Below are positions 1 through 9,546 of a stretch of 64,000 bases of DNA, in pieces; positions within the stretch are counted from its first letter, which is position 1; each line of letters begins with the position of its first letter. The notes beneath the pieces are model-generated. The model did no database searches. It was not told the origin of the DNA and saw nothing but the letters and a program-made list of their open reading frames with translations. Source of the DNA: an uncultured Verrucomicrobiae bacterium (GTDB lineage Bacteria > Verrucomicrobiota > Verrucomicrobiia > Chthoniobacterales > UBA10450); contig CAVYJY010000008.1 of the NCBI GenBank assembly GCA_963768965.1, positions 39,649 through 103,648 on the forward strand, in the 5' to 3' direction. The position numbers and the translations under genes are program-made.

Positions 1-155
1 AGATGCGCGGTAACCCGGACGAGATCGCGCCTCTCCCGCCGCCGTCCGACCTGGATTCGCTGCCGCCGCCGGCCGCGGCCGACAGTTCGCCCGCCCCCGA
101 TACCGCGATTTCGGCAGAGCCTTCCCCCACGCCCGAGCCCTCGGCCACCCCTTAG
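1..155 (+). CDS. 3' end of an upstream ORF (Pro/Ser/Ala-rich tail), partial
   Basis: Open frame from position 3 ending at TAG 153-155, 2 nt before the GTG of the next gene. No recognisable domain in the roughly 50 visible codons. Confidence 0.3.
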   Translation, partial: MRGNPDEIAPLPPPSDLDSLPPPAAADSSPAPDTAISAEPSPTPEPSATP

Positions 156-157
156 CG

Positions 158-667
158 GTGAAAAAACTTCTCGGCGCCGCCCTCCTCGTCTTTTCGTTAG
201 GCGGGTGCGCCGGTTATCATCTCGGGCCGATCCAGCCTCACGCCCTGCGCAACGTCCGCAGCATTGCGGTGCCGACTTTCGAAAATAAAACTCTCGCCCC
301 GCGCATCGCCGTGCTCGTGACCGACACCGTGATCAAGCAGTTCCAGCAGGACGGCACCTATCGCATCGCGAGCGACGAGACGGCCGACGCCATTCTCAAG
401 GGCGACATCACCCGGATTTACCGCGCCCCGGCGCGCTCGGTCCGCGGGAATGTCCTGGCGACAAACGAATTCAACCTTTCCCTCCGCGTCCGTTATACCC
501 TGATCGAACGCGGCACCGGCAGGACCCTGGCCTCGCCCGTCGAAGTCGCGGGCACGACCAGCTTTTTCGTCGGGCCCGACATCACTTCCGATGAACGGCA
601 GGCGTTGCCTCTGGCCGCGGAAGAGCTGGCCATCCGGCTCGTCAGCCAGCTCAGCGAGGGCTGGTGA
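158..667 (+). CDS. LptE-like (LPS-assembly) outer-membrane lipoprotein
   Basis: 169-aa ORF with GTG start. Signal peptide with lipobox FSLGGC. Size and pattern (IAVPTFENKT, C-terminal helix) resemble the LptE/RlpB family. Confidence 0.6.
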   Translation: MKKLLGAALLVFSLGGCAGYHLGPIQPHALRNVRSIAVPTFENKTLAPRIAVLVTDTVIKQFQQDGTYRIASDETADAILKGDITRIYRAPARSVRGNVLATNEFNLSLRVRYTLIERGTGRTLASPVEVAGTTSFFVGPDITSDERQALPLAAEELAIRLVSQLSEGW

Positions 668-1548
668 AGGTGAAAGGCCAAGAAAAACTCTGGCGCATTC
701 TGCAGGACAAGCTGGAGATGCTCCTGGCGGGTAATCATCTCCCGGAAGCATTGCGCGTAGCCGAAACCGCGCTCGAGCTGGCGCAAAAAATCTTTCCCGA
801 GAACCATCCCTCGCTCGCCCAAAGCTACGAACGGCTTGGGCAGATCCACGACCAGCGGGACAAAGACTCCGAAGCCAAGGCTTTCCTGGTCCAGGCGCTG
901 GCGATCATGGAGAAAACCGATCCACTGGATCAGCGCGCCATTTTTCGCCTGGCCCGGCGGCTGGCTTATCTCTGCGACGTGGGCGGCGGCGAAGAGGAAG
1001 CGATCAAGTACTACGAGCGAGCCATCCGGGCCGGGAGCGACCTCGACAACGTGCCTCACTCCGACCTCGGGACGATGTTAAATAATGTCGCGCTCATTTA
1101 TCGGCGCCGCGGCCAGGGCAAAGCGGCCGAGCCTTATTACCTCCAAGCCCTCGCGCTCTACGAGAAACAGCTCGGACCCGAACACGCCGACGTCGCCGCG
1201 GTCCTGAATAATCTCGGGGTCTTCTACACGAGCGAGAACCGCCTCGAGGAAGCCGAGCAGATGCACCAGCGCGCCCTCGCGATTCGGCACAAGGCGAATC
1301 CCAAAGGTCACTCCGACATCGCGCAATCGAAGTGCAATCTCGCGGTCGTCTACCATTCGCGCGGCGATCTCACCCGCGCGGGCGAGCTTTACCAGGAATC
1401 GCTCCGGCAGTGGGAAGGGGTGGCGAAGCCTTCGGAGGACTACGAAATCGTCGCCTCCAATTATGCCGATCTTCTGCGGTCGTTAGGCAAACGGCGCCGG
1501 GCCGGCGCGGTCGAATCCCGCGCCCGGAAAATTCGCGCGCGCGCCTAG
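664..1548 (+). CDS. Tetratricopeptide (TPR_12-like) repeat protein
   Basis: 294-aa ORF with repeated A..Y...L.I.EK..G..HP..A..L.NLA.. TPR units. Its start overlaps the upstream stop (GTGA). The exact start is uncertain. Confidence 0.75.
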   Translation: MKVKGQEKLWRILQDKLEMLLAGNHLPEALRVAETALELAQKIFPENHPSLAQSYERLGQIHDQRDKDSEAKAFLVQALAIMEKTDPLDQRAIFRLARRLAYLCDVGGGEEEAIKYYERAIRAGSDLDNVPHSDLGTMLNNVALIYRRRGQGKAAEPYYLQALALYEKQLGPEHADVAAVLNNLGVFYTSENRLEEAEQMHQRALAIRHKANPKGHSDIAQSKCNLAVVYHSRGDLTRAGELYQESLRQWEGVAKPSEDYEIVASNYADLLRSLGKRRRAGAVESRARKIRARA

Positions 1549-1592
1549 CAGCGGTCGAAAATACTCAGCCGAGACCGGAAAGAGGCGAGTCG

Positions 1593-1616
1593 TGTCATAC
1601 TTTGCAAAGTATGACA
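1593..1616. promoter_or_regulatory. Perfect 24-bp palindrome TGTCATACTTTGCAAAGTATGACA (candidate operator)
   Basis: 12+12 nt perfect inverted repeat with no spacer. AT-rich within a GC-rich intergenic region, about 165 nt upstream of tRNA-Leu. Confidence 0.4.
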
Positions 1617-1779
1617 GGAGAAGAGAATTGGTCAGCGACTGTTCTCAAAGGTCTTGCGCCTGAACCACGCATCGCGGTTTTTCAACAGTCTGCCAGGCCG
1701 GCCCGGCCGGAGAATCGCCGCTTGCGGTTGCGGCGGCGGCGGGCAATTTACAGGCCCCGCCTCCGAGGCGGGGCGCAGC

Positions 1780-1860
1780 GCTCACGTGGCGGAATGGCAG
1801 ACGCGTACGGCTCAGGACCGTATGGGGAAACCCGTGGAGGTTCGACTCCTCTCGTGAGCA
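1780..1860 (+). tRNA. tRNA-Leu (anticodon CAG), type II with long variable arm
   Basis: 7-bp acceptor stem GCTCACG/CGTGAGC (1780-1786/1853-1859). Anticodon stem TACGG/CCGTA with loop CTCAGGA (CAG at 1813-1815). Variable arm TGGGGAAACCCGT. T-arm GGAGG-TTCGACT-CCTCT. Discriminator A1860. CCA is not encoded. Confidence 0.9.
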
Positions 1861-1901
1861 GCGCGCCGGATCTTGCGCCTATTTGGTGAAGTTTCGCGTA
1901 A

Positions 1902-2009
1902 GCTTTGGAGTGCGATCGCGTCCTCGCGTCGCTTTCTGGACGCGGAATTCCTTTGGCCGCGCTTAACTTCCCCTAAAAGCGGTGCGAAGACGCACCGCAC
2001 TCCGAAAGC
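1902..2009. repeat. REP-type doublet, family 4 (CTTTGGAGTGCG-hairpin-CGCTTTC ... GAAAAGCGG-hairpin-CCGCACTCCGAAAG)
   Basis: Two inverted hairpin units. A clearly homologous second copy lies at 58767-58888. Stem differences between the copies are compensatory (GCGGTGCG/CGCACCGC versus GCGGCGCG/CGCGCCGC). Confidence 0.6.
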
Positions 2010-2033
2010 TACTTTTCGGGGATCGCCTCCTGC

Positions 2034-4160
2034 CTAACGACCGAAAATTCCGCGCAACCCGCCGCGCGACTCCGGCTTTTGCGCGACCTGCGCCGGCCAG
2101 CATTCCACGATCTCGAGCGCGAGAAAACGGAAGAGGGTGAGCCGGGCAAACTTGATGTCGAGCCGAAGATTTTTCGAGATCTGCGCGATCGAGCGGCTGC
2201 CGTTGAACTGCGAGGCAAACTGCGCTTCTCCCACGGTCAGGCGGAGGTCCTGCACCCGTTCGTAGCCGTCGCGGGTGTAGGCCGGGACCGATCCGCTTTC
2301 GGGGAGCTCCTTCGCGTCGAGCGCCTGATATTGGACAAACCGCAGCGTGCTCAAGGCCCACTGATCAAGGCTGTCCTCGGAGGCCGGGAGCTCGCGGGTA
2401 AACTCGGGCAGTTCCTGCTGCTCAAACATGAATCGAACCCGCTCCGTCCAGAGCTGCGAGAAAAGCCGTTGCCCGTAATGTTGCACAAGCTGCATGGCCG
2501 GCTCGCGCAGGATCAGTCCTTCCCCGGCGAGGGTAATGAAAATCGGACAACCGTCGCTCGCTTGCCGCGCCCGCGCCGCCTCGATCCGCTCGCGGTCCAC
2601 GTTGAGGAGCGTGACGGGCGCCTCTTCGCAATAAAGCTGAGGATTGCGAGTCGTGACCAGGACGATCTCGCCCTCCCGGGCCAATAGTTCGACCGAGTCG
2701 CGCGACCAGAATGCGCGCAGCCGTCCGGTGAGCTTTTCGCGGGCGATGGTCTGCAGCGCCCAGTGCAGGGAAAAGAAACTGGAGTCGCCGCAGAAATAAG
2801 CGCCGCGGGAAGCGCGATCGATTTCGTCCTCCGGCGCCGGCGGCAGGTCAGGTTGGGGCGCGGGGGCGACCGCGGGCGGGGGCATCGGCTCCGATTCTTT
2901 GGCGGGCGAAGTGACGGCCATCGGGGCCGGAGCGCTTGCCGCCGAACGAGGCGGCGGCGTCGGGCGCGGCCTGACTGGTGCGGCCGGCCGGGATTCGTTA
3001 GGCTGGCTCGCTTTCCCCTCCAGGTAATCGCGGACGGAATTGATCAGCGTCTCGGAGGTGAAGGGCTTGTTCAGGGCGCCGATGACGTTTGGAATCTCCG
3101 CGCTGTCCGGCTGGAGATCGCTCCCGAAGCCGGAGACGTAAACCACCGGGATCTTTGCGGTCAGCGGGTCGGCCACGAGCTGCCGGCAGACGGCGTCGCC
3201 CTTCATGTCGGGCAGAATAAAATCGAGCAAAATCAGGTCCGGCTTCTCGCTCCGGCTGATCTCCAGACCTTCCGCCGCGGTCGGGGCGGTCAGGACGCGG
3301 TAATTTTGTTCGTCCAGGATTTCCTTCACGAAACTGAGCAGCATCGCGCTGTCGTCGATCACGAGGATTGTCTTCGAGGCCTCGTTAGGCGAAACCGTCG
3401 CCGCGGCTGCGGGGGCCGCGGTCTGGCGCGACTCGTCGATCTTGCGCACCGCTTCCATCAGCAGCACCTGCCAGTCGAGCTCGATCGTGCGCGGCATTCC
3501 CGGCGGCACCGCGACCTCGGAAATCATGCCGCCTTTCCAGTCGACGATTTCGTTAAAGGCGGCCAGCCCCTCTTTCCCCGGAGCGGTGGCATGACGGACC
3601 TGGCCATTCTCGAAATAAACGCGCGCCTTTTCGCCCCGCGGCCCGGTGAACTCCAGCATCGAAGTCGCGCCGCTGATGCATTTGAGCTGGATGATGTCGG
3701 CAATGTGCAGATCGCTCAGCGTGCCTTGGAATCGTTCGCCTTCGCCGGTATCGGTCGGCGCGAGGAGTGCCTCGACCAGGGTCATGAAGTCCGCCCGTGG
3801 AAACGGTTTTTCCAGGAAATGGATCGCCCCCAGACCGGCGACCTGCTCGCGCTGAGCCGCGAAATGGATCGCGGTCAGGATAATGGCGCGGGCATCGGGG
3901 TGACTCGTGCGCAGATCGTAGATGAACTCCTGCGCCAGGTCGTAGGTCGCGTCCACATCCAGAACGAAAAGCGCCGGCCTTTGATCGACCACCAAATGCT
4001 GCGCCTCGCCTAACGAACCGGCGCGCACCGCCACCGTGCCCGGCGCGGCTTCCTCGACCGCGGAGAGAATTTCCGCCGCCAGACCCTCATCCGGTTCCAG
4101 GACGAGGACTTGCAGTCGAGCAGACGAAGCGGTCGGAGTTTCGGCGGTACCTTGATTCAC
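2034..4160 (-). CDS. Dual response-regulator receiver protein with DUF4388/PATAN-type domains
   Basis: 708-aa ORF. Two REC-like regions (VLVLEPD...FVLDVD; ILVIDDS...DLILLDFILPDMKG). A PATAN/DUF4388-like segment (GTLSDLHIADIIQL...ARVYFENGQV). A Pro-rich linker and a second DUF4388-like C-terminal region. Confidence 0.8.
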   Translation of the reverse strand: MNQGTAETPTASSARLQVLVLEPDEGLAAEILSAVEEAAPGTVAVRAGSLGEAQHLVVDQRPALFVLDVDATYDLAQEFIYDLRTSHPDARAIILTAIHFAAQREQVAGLGAIHFLEKPFPRADFMTLVEALLAPTDTGEGERFQGTLSDLHIADIIQLKCISGATSMLEFTGPRGEKARVYFENGQVRHATAPGKEGLAAFNEIVDWKGGMISEVAVPPGMPRTIELDWQVLLMEAVRKIDESRQTAAPAAAATVSPNEASKTILVIDDSAMLLSFVKEILDEQNYRVLTAPTAAEGLEISRSEKPDLILLDFILPDMKGDAVCRQLVADPLTAKIPVVYVSGFGSDLQPDSAEIPNVIGALNKPFTSETLINSVRDYLEGKASQPNESRPAAPVRPRPTPPPRSAASAPAPMAVTSPAKESEPMPPPAVAPAPQPDLPPAPEDEIDRASRGAYFCGDSSFFSLHWALQTIAREKLTGRLRAFWSRDSVELLAREGEIVLVTTRNPQLYCEEAPVTLLNVDRERIEAARARQASDGCPIFITLAGEGLILREPAMQLVQHYGQRLFSQLWTERVRFMFEQQELPEFTRELPASEDSLDQWALSTLRFVQYQALDAKELPESGSVPAYTRDGYERVQDLRLTVGEAQFASQFNGSRSIAQISKNLRLDIKFARLTLFRFLALEIVECWPAQVAQKPESRGGLRGIFGR

Positions 4161-4313
4161 AATGGCGGAAAGGGAGCAAGTGGCGAACCACCATGTCCGC
4201 CCTACCCCTGTCTCGCCCTAGAAATGGCCCAGCGCAGCGAAATGAAAAGGATTTTTTCGCTCGATGCGAAAAGTCGGCGACCGCCAGCCCCCGCCGGTGG
4301 TCGCCCGAAAGAC

Positions 4314-4436
4314 CTAGTTCGTATGGACTCCGGTCGTGACGGAGCGGCCGCTGTCCGTCCGCACCGTCGTGGAACAGCTGGCAAAGGTTGCGAGCAAGAG
4401 AATGGCGCCAAATGTGGAAAGAAGAATGGTTCGCAT
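4314..4436 (-). CDS. Possible 40-aa lipoprotein (below the ORF-track length cutoff)
   Basis: ATG..TAG ORF translating to MRTILLSTFGAILLLATFASCSTTVRTDSGRSVTTGVHTN. Hydrophobic signal with lipobox FASC, in an otherwise empty 365-bp gap. No clear RBS. Confidence 0.3.
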   Translation of the reverse strand: MRTILLSTFGAILLLATFASCSTTVRTDSGRSVTTGVHTN

Positions 4437-4525
4437 AATTGTGATGTCTGTTTAGCTGATATTCGTAAACGGCTTGGCCAGTGGGCGTCTCGAACTGAAT
4501 TTTTGCGCCTTCCCGCCCCGTTCGC

Positions 4526-5917
4526 TCAGGCGGCGGCGAAATGTTCGGCCAGCTCGCGGCGGCTGATTTTTCCACGCTCGTTTGCCGGGAGGGTTTCGAG
4601 AAAAAAGATCCGCTTCGGCACCTGCCAGCCGCTCAGGCGGGTCCGGCAATATTCCAGAAGCGCGGCCTCGTTCGTCATTTCCCCAGCCACGACACAGGCC
4701 ACCACCTCTTGGTTGCGCAGGGCGGAAGCGCGACCGAAGACCACCGCCTGCCGCACTTCTTCGTGAGTCAGAAGATGCGCCTCCACTTCCGCCGGGTTTA
4801 CTTTTTTCCCGGCCACATTGATCACATCCGAGAGACGCCCAACGATGCGCACGCCGGCCTCGTTCATCGTGACCAGGTCGTCGGGCAAAAACGAACCGTC
4901 GCCCAGTTTGCCCGGCTCAGGCTCAGGGAAATAACCGTCGCCCACCGCCGCGCTCCGGACGCGCACCTGGGTTGCGGAGGCGTCGGGATCGAGCCGCTCG
5001 AGCTTCACACCGCGCAGCGGCCTTCCGACAAAACCTTCCGGCGCTTCCGCCCCGGCGCGGTCGTAGCAAATGCCGCCGCATTCCGACGCGCCGTAAAAGG
5101 AATGAATCGGCAGGCCAAATTTCGCCCGGAAATTATCCGCAACCCGCCGGCTGAGCGGGGCACCCGCGGAGATGCAAAGACGCAATCTCGGCAGCTTCGG
5201 GGCATCGTTCATCTCGCTGAAGGCCTGATAAAAGAGCGGCATCCCCGGGAAAACCGTCGCCCCGGTGCGTGCGAGATCGTCGAGCACCGCGCGCGGCATC
5301 CGGTCGGTGCTGATCGCCATCGGCACGCCACGGACGAGCAGGGGCGTGATCAGATTGCTGAAGCCGTAGGAATGCGAAAGCGGGATGACGGCAAAATTCA
5401 GATCCGCGGCGGTGATATCCATCGTGTCGCAGATCTGCGTCGCGTCCGCGAGGAGCTGTGCGCTGCGGAATCGAATCGCGCGCGGCGCGGCGGTGGTGCC
5501 GGAGGTGAGTTTCAGGAGCACCGGCGGATGCTTGCCCCAATCGATCGCCGGCTGGTCGGGCAGCTGTTCGACCCCGCCTTCCGCCGTCGCGATGAGGGCC
5601 GTGGCGCGACAAGTTTGCAGGGCGGAGGCGCGCTCCTGTTCGCTCATCGTGCGCTCGAGCGGCAGCGCCACAATCCCCCGGCGCAGGCAGGCGAGAAACA
5701 AGGCCGGCCAATGCGCGTGATTGCCAATCTGGATCGCCAGGATTTCGCCCGCGCGCAGTTCCCGCAGCGCGCCGGTCTCGTAGGTCCGGCTCAATTCCTC
5801 CACTTCTTCGAAGCGGCAGCGCACCGCGCCTTGCGGATCAAAAACGGCCGGCTTGCCGGCGCACCGGCCGAGCGTCTCGCTCCACGCTGCCAGGAGTGGA
5901 TCCCCGGCTATCATCAC
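4526..5917 (-). CDS. AMP-dependent synthetase/ligase (class I adenylate-forming enzyme, acyl-CoA ligase-like)
   Basis: 463-aa ORF with AMP-binding core motif [14 protein letters not shown], plus YGASE and GD motifs. Confidence 0.85.
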   Translation of the reverse strand: MMIAGDPLLAAWSETLGRCAGKPAVFDPQGAVRCRFEEVEELSRTYETGALRELRAGEILAIQIGNHAHWPALFLACLRRGIVALPLERTMSEQERASALQTCRATALIATAEGGVEQLPDQPAIDWGKHPPVLLKLTSGTTAAPRAIRFRSAQLLADATQICDTMDITAADLNFAVIPLSHSYGFSNLITPLLVRGVPMAISTDRMPRAVLDDLARTGATVFPGMPLFYQAFSEMNDAPKLPRLRLCISAGAPLSRRVADNFRAKFGLPIHSFYGASECGGICYDRAGAEAPEGFVGRPLRGVKLERLDPDASATQVRVRSAAVGDGYFPEPEPGKLGDGSFLPDDLVTMNEAGVRIVGRLSDVINVAGKKVNPAEVEAHLLTHEEVRQAVVFGRASALRNQEVVACVVAGEMTNEAALLEYCRTRLSGWQVPKRIFFLETLPANERGKISRRELAEHFAAA

Positions 5918-5961
5918 TTGCAGCGACCTTCTTTCGCGTCTACTTTGGCGGCTCTTTTCCT

Positions 5962-6195
5962 ATGAAAACGGACATTCATCCTGATTACCACCAGACGGAC
6001 ATTAGCTGCGCCTGCGGTGCGGTCTACCATACCCGTTCCACTCGCAAGGACATCAAGATCGGCATTTGCGCCGCCTGCCATCCGTTTTTCACCGGCGAAC
6101 AAAAGTTTGTCGATACCGCGGGCCGGGTCGAGAAATTTGCCCGCCGCTACGGCAGCACGAAGGCGACCCGCGCCGGCGCCGCCAAAAAAGCTTAG
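5962..6195 (+). CDS. rpmE: 50S ribosomal protein L31
   Basis: [10 protein letters not shown]...CACG...[10 protein letters not shown] is the canonical L31 sequence with its zinc-ribbon cysteines. The ATG at 5962 was chosen inside the longer track ORF. Confidence 0.95.
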   Translation: MKTDIHPDYHQTDISCACGAVYHTRSTRKDIKIGICAACHPFFTGEQKFVDTAGRVEKFARRYGSTKATRAGAAKKA

Positions 6196-6214
6196 CTCAT
6201 TCCGCCTAACGAAC

Positions 6215-6253
6215 GGTGATTGCGCCTTTGGCGTGCAATCGCCGTTTTTGTTT
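6215..6253 (+). terminator. Intrinsic terminator/attenuator-like hairpin between rpmE and prfA
   Basis: 9-bp stem GGTGATTGC/GCAATCGCC (6215-6223/6235-6243), 11-nt loop, followed by GTTTTTGTTT that runs directly into the prfA ATG at 6254. Confidence 0.5.
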
Positions 6254-7330
6254 ATGGACTTCCAATCCCTCATCGCGCGCAAACGGGAACGCTTCCAGCA
6301 ACTGGAAAGCGAGATTGCCGATCCGCACCTTTTCGACAACCGGAAGAAGGCCAGCGACACCATGCGCGAGCATTCCTCGATCAAGGAGTTGCTCGCGGTT
6401 TGGGAGGAACTCGTCACCGCGCGCCGGCAACTGGAAGACAATCGCGAACTCTCTGCCGCTCCCGACGCCGATCTCGCGCAGATGGCGCAGGAGGAAATCC
6501 CGGCACTGGAAAAACGCGTCGCCGATCTTGAATTTGAGGTCCAGGTCGCGCTCCTGCCGCCCGATGAAGCAGACGATCGCGATGCCATTGTGGAAATTCG
6601 CGCCGGCACCGGCGGCAGCGAAGCCGCTATTTTTGCCGCCGATCTCTACCGGATGTACAACCGCTACGCGGAAACCGCCGGGCTCAAGATCGAAGATCTC
6701 GAACTCAGTCCGTCGGAGCTCGGCGGGATGAAGGAAGCCATCTTTAAAATCTCGGGCGAATCGGTTTTCCGGAAGCTGCGCTACGAGAGCGGCGTGCACC
6801 GCGTCCAGCGCGTGCCCGCAACCGAAGCCCAGGGACGCATTCACACTTCCACCGCGACCGTCGCGGTCCTGCCGGAAGCCGAGGAAGTCGATTTCGAAAT
6901 CAAACCGGAAGACCTCCGGATCGAAGTTTGCCGCGCCGGCGGACCCGGCGGGCAGGGCGTGAACACAACCGATTCCGCGGTCCAGGTCATGTACATTCCG
7001 ACCGGCCGGATCGTGCGTTGCCAGGACGGTCGCAGCCAGCAGAAGAACAAGGAAAAAGCGCTTAAGATTTTGCGCGCGCGCCTGCTCGAGGACAAAAAGC
7101 GCGAAGAAGAGGCGAAATACTCCGCTCATCGCAAGAGCCAGATCGGTTCCGGCGGCCGCGAAGAAAAAATCCGCACCTACAATTTCCCGCAGAACCGGAT
7201 CACCGATCACCGCATCGGGCTCACGCTCTACAATCTCGACCGCGTCATGGAAGGCGACCTCGACGAACTGCTCTCCACCCTGCAGCACGCCGATCTCGAA
7301 CAGCGGCTGAAGGAATCGGCCCTGGCCTAA
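6254..7330 (+). CDS. prfA: Peptide chain release factor 1
   Basis: MDFQSLIARKRERFQQLE start. RF1-specific PAT tripeptide (RVPATEAQGR). GGQ motif (GPGGQGVNTTDSAV). The stop TAA lies inside a GCCTAACGA word. Confidence 0.95.
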   Translation: MDFQSLIARKRERFQQLESEIADPHLFDNRKKASDTMREHSSIKELLAVWEELVTARRQLEDNRELSAAPDADLAQMAQEEIPALEKRVADLEFEVQVALLPPDEADDRDAIVEIRAGTGGSEAAIFAADLYRMYNRYAETAGLKIEDLELSPSELGGMKEAIFKISGESVFRKLRYESGVHRVQRVPATEAQGRIHTSTATVAVLPEAEEVDFEIKPEDLRIEVCRAGGPGGQGVNTTDSAVQVMYIPTGRIVRCQDGRSQQKNKEKALKILRARLLEDKKREEEAKYSAHRKSQIGSGGREEKIRTYNFPQNRITDHRIGLTLYNLDRVMEGDLDELLSTLQHADLEQRLKESALA

Positions 7331-7344
7331 CGACAGTGAACCCA

Positions 7345-7444
7345 TGTAGACGTCTCCCTCTGGGAGGCGCGGGCCTGCGCTCCGCGACCAGACCAACCCC
7401 CGAGCGGTGCTTTCCCCCGCGTTTCCCAGAGGGAAACGTCTACA
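7345..7444. repeat. REPIN (inverted REP doublet), family 1, copy a
   Basis: TGTAGACGTCTCCCTCTGGGAGGCGCGGG ... CCCCGCGTTTCCCAGAGGGAAACGTCTACA. GTAG heads and local hairpins in each arm. Confidence 0.85.
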
Positions 7445-7451
7445 ATGCGCC

Positions 7452-8288
7452 ATGACCGTCCTCGAAGTCCTGCAATCGACCACCGCCTATTTCGAAAAGC
7501 GCGCGATCGAGAGCCCGCGGCTCAACGCCGAGCATCTCGTCGCGCATTCGTTAGGGAAAAAGAGGATCGAGCTTTATCTCGAGTTCGAGCGCCCACTGGC
7601 CGAGACCGAACTGGCGCCGCTTCGCGAGCTCGTTAGGCGCCGCGGCCAGGGTGAACCGTTGCAGCATCTGCTCGGGACGGTCGAATTCAGCGACCACACC
7701 TTCGTCTCCGACAAACGCGCGCTGATTCCCCGCCCCGAGACCGAGCAACTGGTCGAATACCTCTGCGACCTCACCTGGCTGGCGAATCCGCGCATGCTCG
7801 ACGTCGGCACCGGCAGCGGCGTCATCGCGCTCTCCCTCGCGGCGCATTTTCCGAGCGCGGAACTGCACGCGGTCGACCTTTCGCCCGACGCGCTCACCCT
7901 CGCCCGCGAAAATGCGGACCGCCTCGGCATCCCGGACCGAATCAAATTCATGCAAGGTCACCTGCTCGACCCGATCGAAGGCAAATTCGACCTCATCGTG
8001 GCGAACCTGCCCTACGTCGCGGCGGGCGACGCTGCGCAACTTGCGCCCGAAGTGCGGCACGATCCGGCGATCGCGCTCTACGGCGGCCCGATCGGCGACG
8101 AACTTATTCGCGAACTCATCGCCACTGCGCCGCCGCACTTGAACTCGGGCGCAACGCTCGCGCTTGAGATTGGCATCGATCAGGAAACCCGCCTTTCCGA
8201 CTTCCTCGCCGCGCAAAATTACCACGACATTCGCTCAAAAAAGGACTATGCAGGGACCCCACGGTTCCTCTTCGCACGGCATGGATAA
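7452..8288 (+). CDS. prmC: Release-factor glutamine N5-methyltransferase (HemK/PrmC)
   Basis: Follows prfA. SAM-binding LDVGTGSGVIAL and substrate motif IVANLPYV (an NPPY variant). The ATG at 7452 was chosen just after the REPIN. Confidence 0.9.
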   Translation: MTVLEVLQSTTAYFEKRAIESPRLNAEHLVAHSLGKKRIELYLEFERPLAETELAPLRELVRRRGQGEPLQHLLGTVEFSDHTFVSDKRALIPRPETEQLVEYLCDLTWLANPRMLDVGTGSGVIALSLAAHFPSAELHAVDLSPDALTLARENADRLGIPDRIKFMQGHLLDPIEGKFDLIVANLPYVAAGDAAQLAPEVRHDPAIALYGGPIGDELIRELIATAPPHLNSGATLALEIGIDQETRLSDFLAAQNYHDIRSKKDYAGTPRFLFARHG

Positions 8289-9543
8289 AATTCTCGTTCA
8301 CGGCGGTCATCCGCTCTCTGGCTCGATCAAGATCAGCGGCTCGAAAAATTCGGCCCTGCCGATCATCGCCGCCACTTTGCTTACGCGCGAACCGTGCGTC
8401 CTCCACCGCGTCCCCGACCTGAGCGACACGAACTACATGCTCCAGATCCTGATGCATCTCGGGGCGGAAGTGGAGCGGGCCAGCGGCACGGTGACGGTGA
8501 AAGCGGAGAACGTGAACTCGGTCGCGCCCTATGAAGTGGTGCGCAAAATGCGAGCCTCGGTTTGCGTCATCGGGCCATTGTTAGGCCGATGCAAGGAAGC
8601 GACCGTCTCGCTGCCCGGCGGCTGCGTCATCGGCGATCGGCCGATCGACCTCCATCTCAAGGGTTTTGAAGGCCTCGGCGCCGCCGTCCGGGTCGAAAAC
8701 GGCAACGTTAAAGTCTTCGCCCCGAAATTGACCGGCGCGGTGATCAATCTGCGCGGAAAATTTGGCCCGACCGTGCTCGGGACCGACAACGTCATGATGG
8801 CTGCCGTTCTGGCCGAAGGCGTGACTGTGATCGAGGGCGCCGCGGCGGAACCGGAAGTGTGCGACCTGGCTGATTTCCTGAACAAGATGGGCGCGAAGAT
8901 CGAGGGCGCGGGGACGCGCCGCATCATCATCGAAGGCGTCAGCGAATTGCACGGGGCCGAGCACGACATCATCCCGGACCGGATCGAGACCGGCACGTTC
9001 CTCGTCGCGGGCGCGATCTTCGGCAAGGGCATCACCCTCAATCGCGTCCAGCCCGAACACGTCACCGCCGTGACTACCGCCCTCACCGAATCCGGTTTCA
9101 AAATCGAAACGACAGAAAACTCGATCACCGTTTCGCCTAACGGCAGCGAGATGAAGCCGCTCGAGATCGTGACCGAGCCGTATCCTGGTTTCCCGACCGA
9201 CATGCAGGCGCAAATGTGCGCCCTCCTTTCCACCACCGAAGGGATCAGCGTGATCACGGAAAATGTTTTCCCGCAGCGTTACATGCACGTCGCGGAATTG
9301 AAGCGAATGGGCGCGCAAGTGCAGATCGAGGGTGCGACCGCGGTCATCCAGGGCGTGGAGCGTTTATACGGCGCGCCGGTGATGGCGAGCGATCTCCGCG
9401 CCTCCGCCGCGCTCGTGCTCGCAGGCCTGAAAGCGGAAGGCACCACCGAAGTGCGGCGCGTTTATCACATCGATCGCGGCTACGAGCATCTCGACGAAAA
9501 GCTAAGCGAGCTTGGCGCGCACATCGAACGTGTGAAAGAATAA
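8281..9543 (+). CDS. murA: UDP-N-acetylglucosamine 1-carboxyvinyltransferase
   Basis: [27 protein letters not shown] is the canonical MurA N-terminus. 420 aa. Overlaps the prmC stop by 8 nt. Confidence 0.95.
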   Translation: MDKILVHGGHPLSGSIKISGSKNSALPIIAATLLTREPCVLHRVPDLSDTNYMLQILMHLGAEVERASGTVTVKAENVNSVAPYEVVRKMRASVCVIGPLLGRCKEATVSLPGGCVIGDRPIDLHLKGFEGLGAAVRVENGNVKVFAPKLTGAVINLRGKFGPTVLGTDNVMMAAVLAEGVTVIEGAAAEPEVCDLADFLNKMGAKIEGAGTRRIIIEGVSELHGAEHDIIPDRIETGTFLVAGAIFGKGITLNRVQPEHVTAVTTALTESGFKIETTENSITVSPNGSEMKPLEIVTEPYPGFPTDMQAQMCALLSTTEGISVITENVFPQRYMHVAELKRMGAQVQIEGATAVIQGVERLYGAPVMASDLRASAALVLAGLKAEGTTEVRRVYHIDRGYEHLDEKLSELGAHIERVKE

Positions 9544-9546
9544 GGC

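Noticed and set aside
1754-1773. Hairpin CCCCGCC-TCCGA-GGCGGGG immediately upstream of tRNA-Leu, considered as a terminator
   Set aside because: It has no U-run. It lies 6 nt before the tRNA 5' end and is more likely part of the precursor or processing context. Evidence is too weak to call it a feature.
6206-7483. 425-aa minus-strand ORF
   Set aside because: It is antisense to prfA and runs through the REPIN. It has no motifs.
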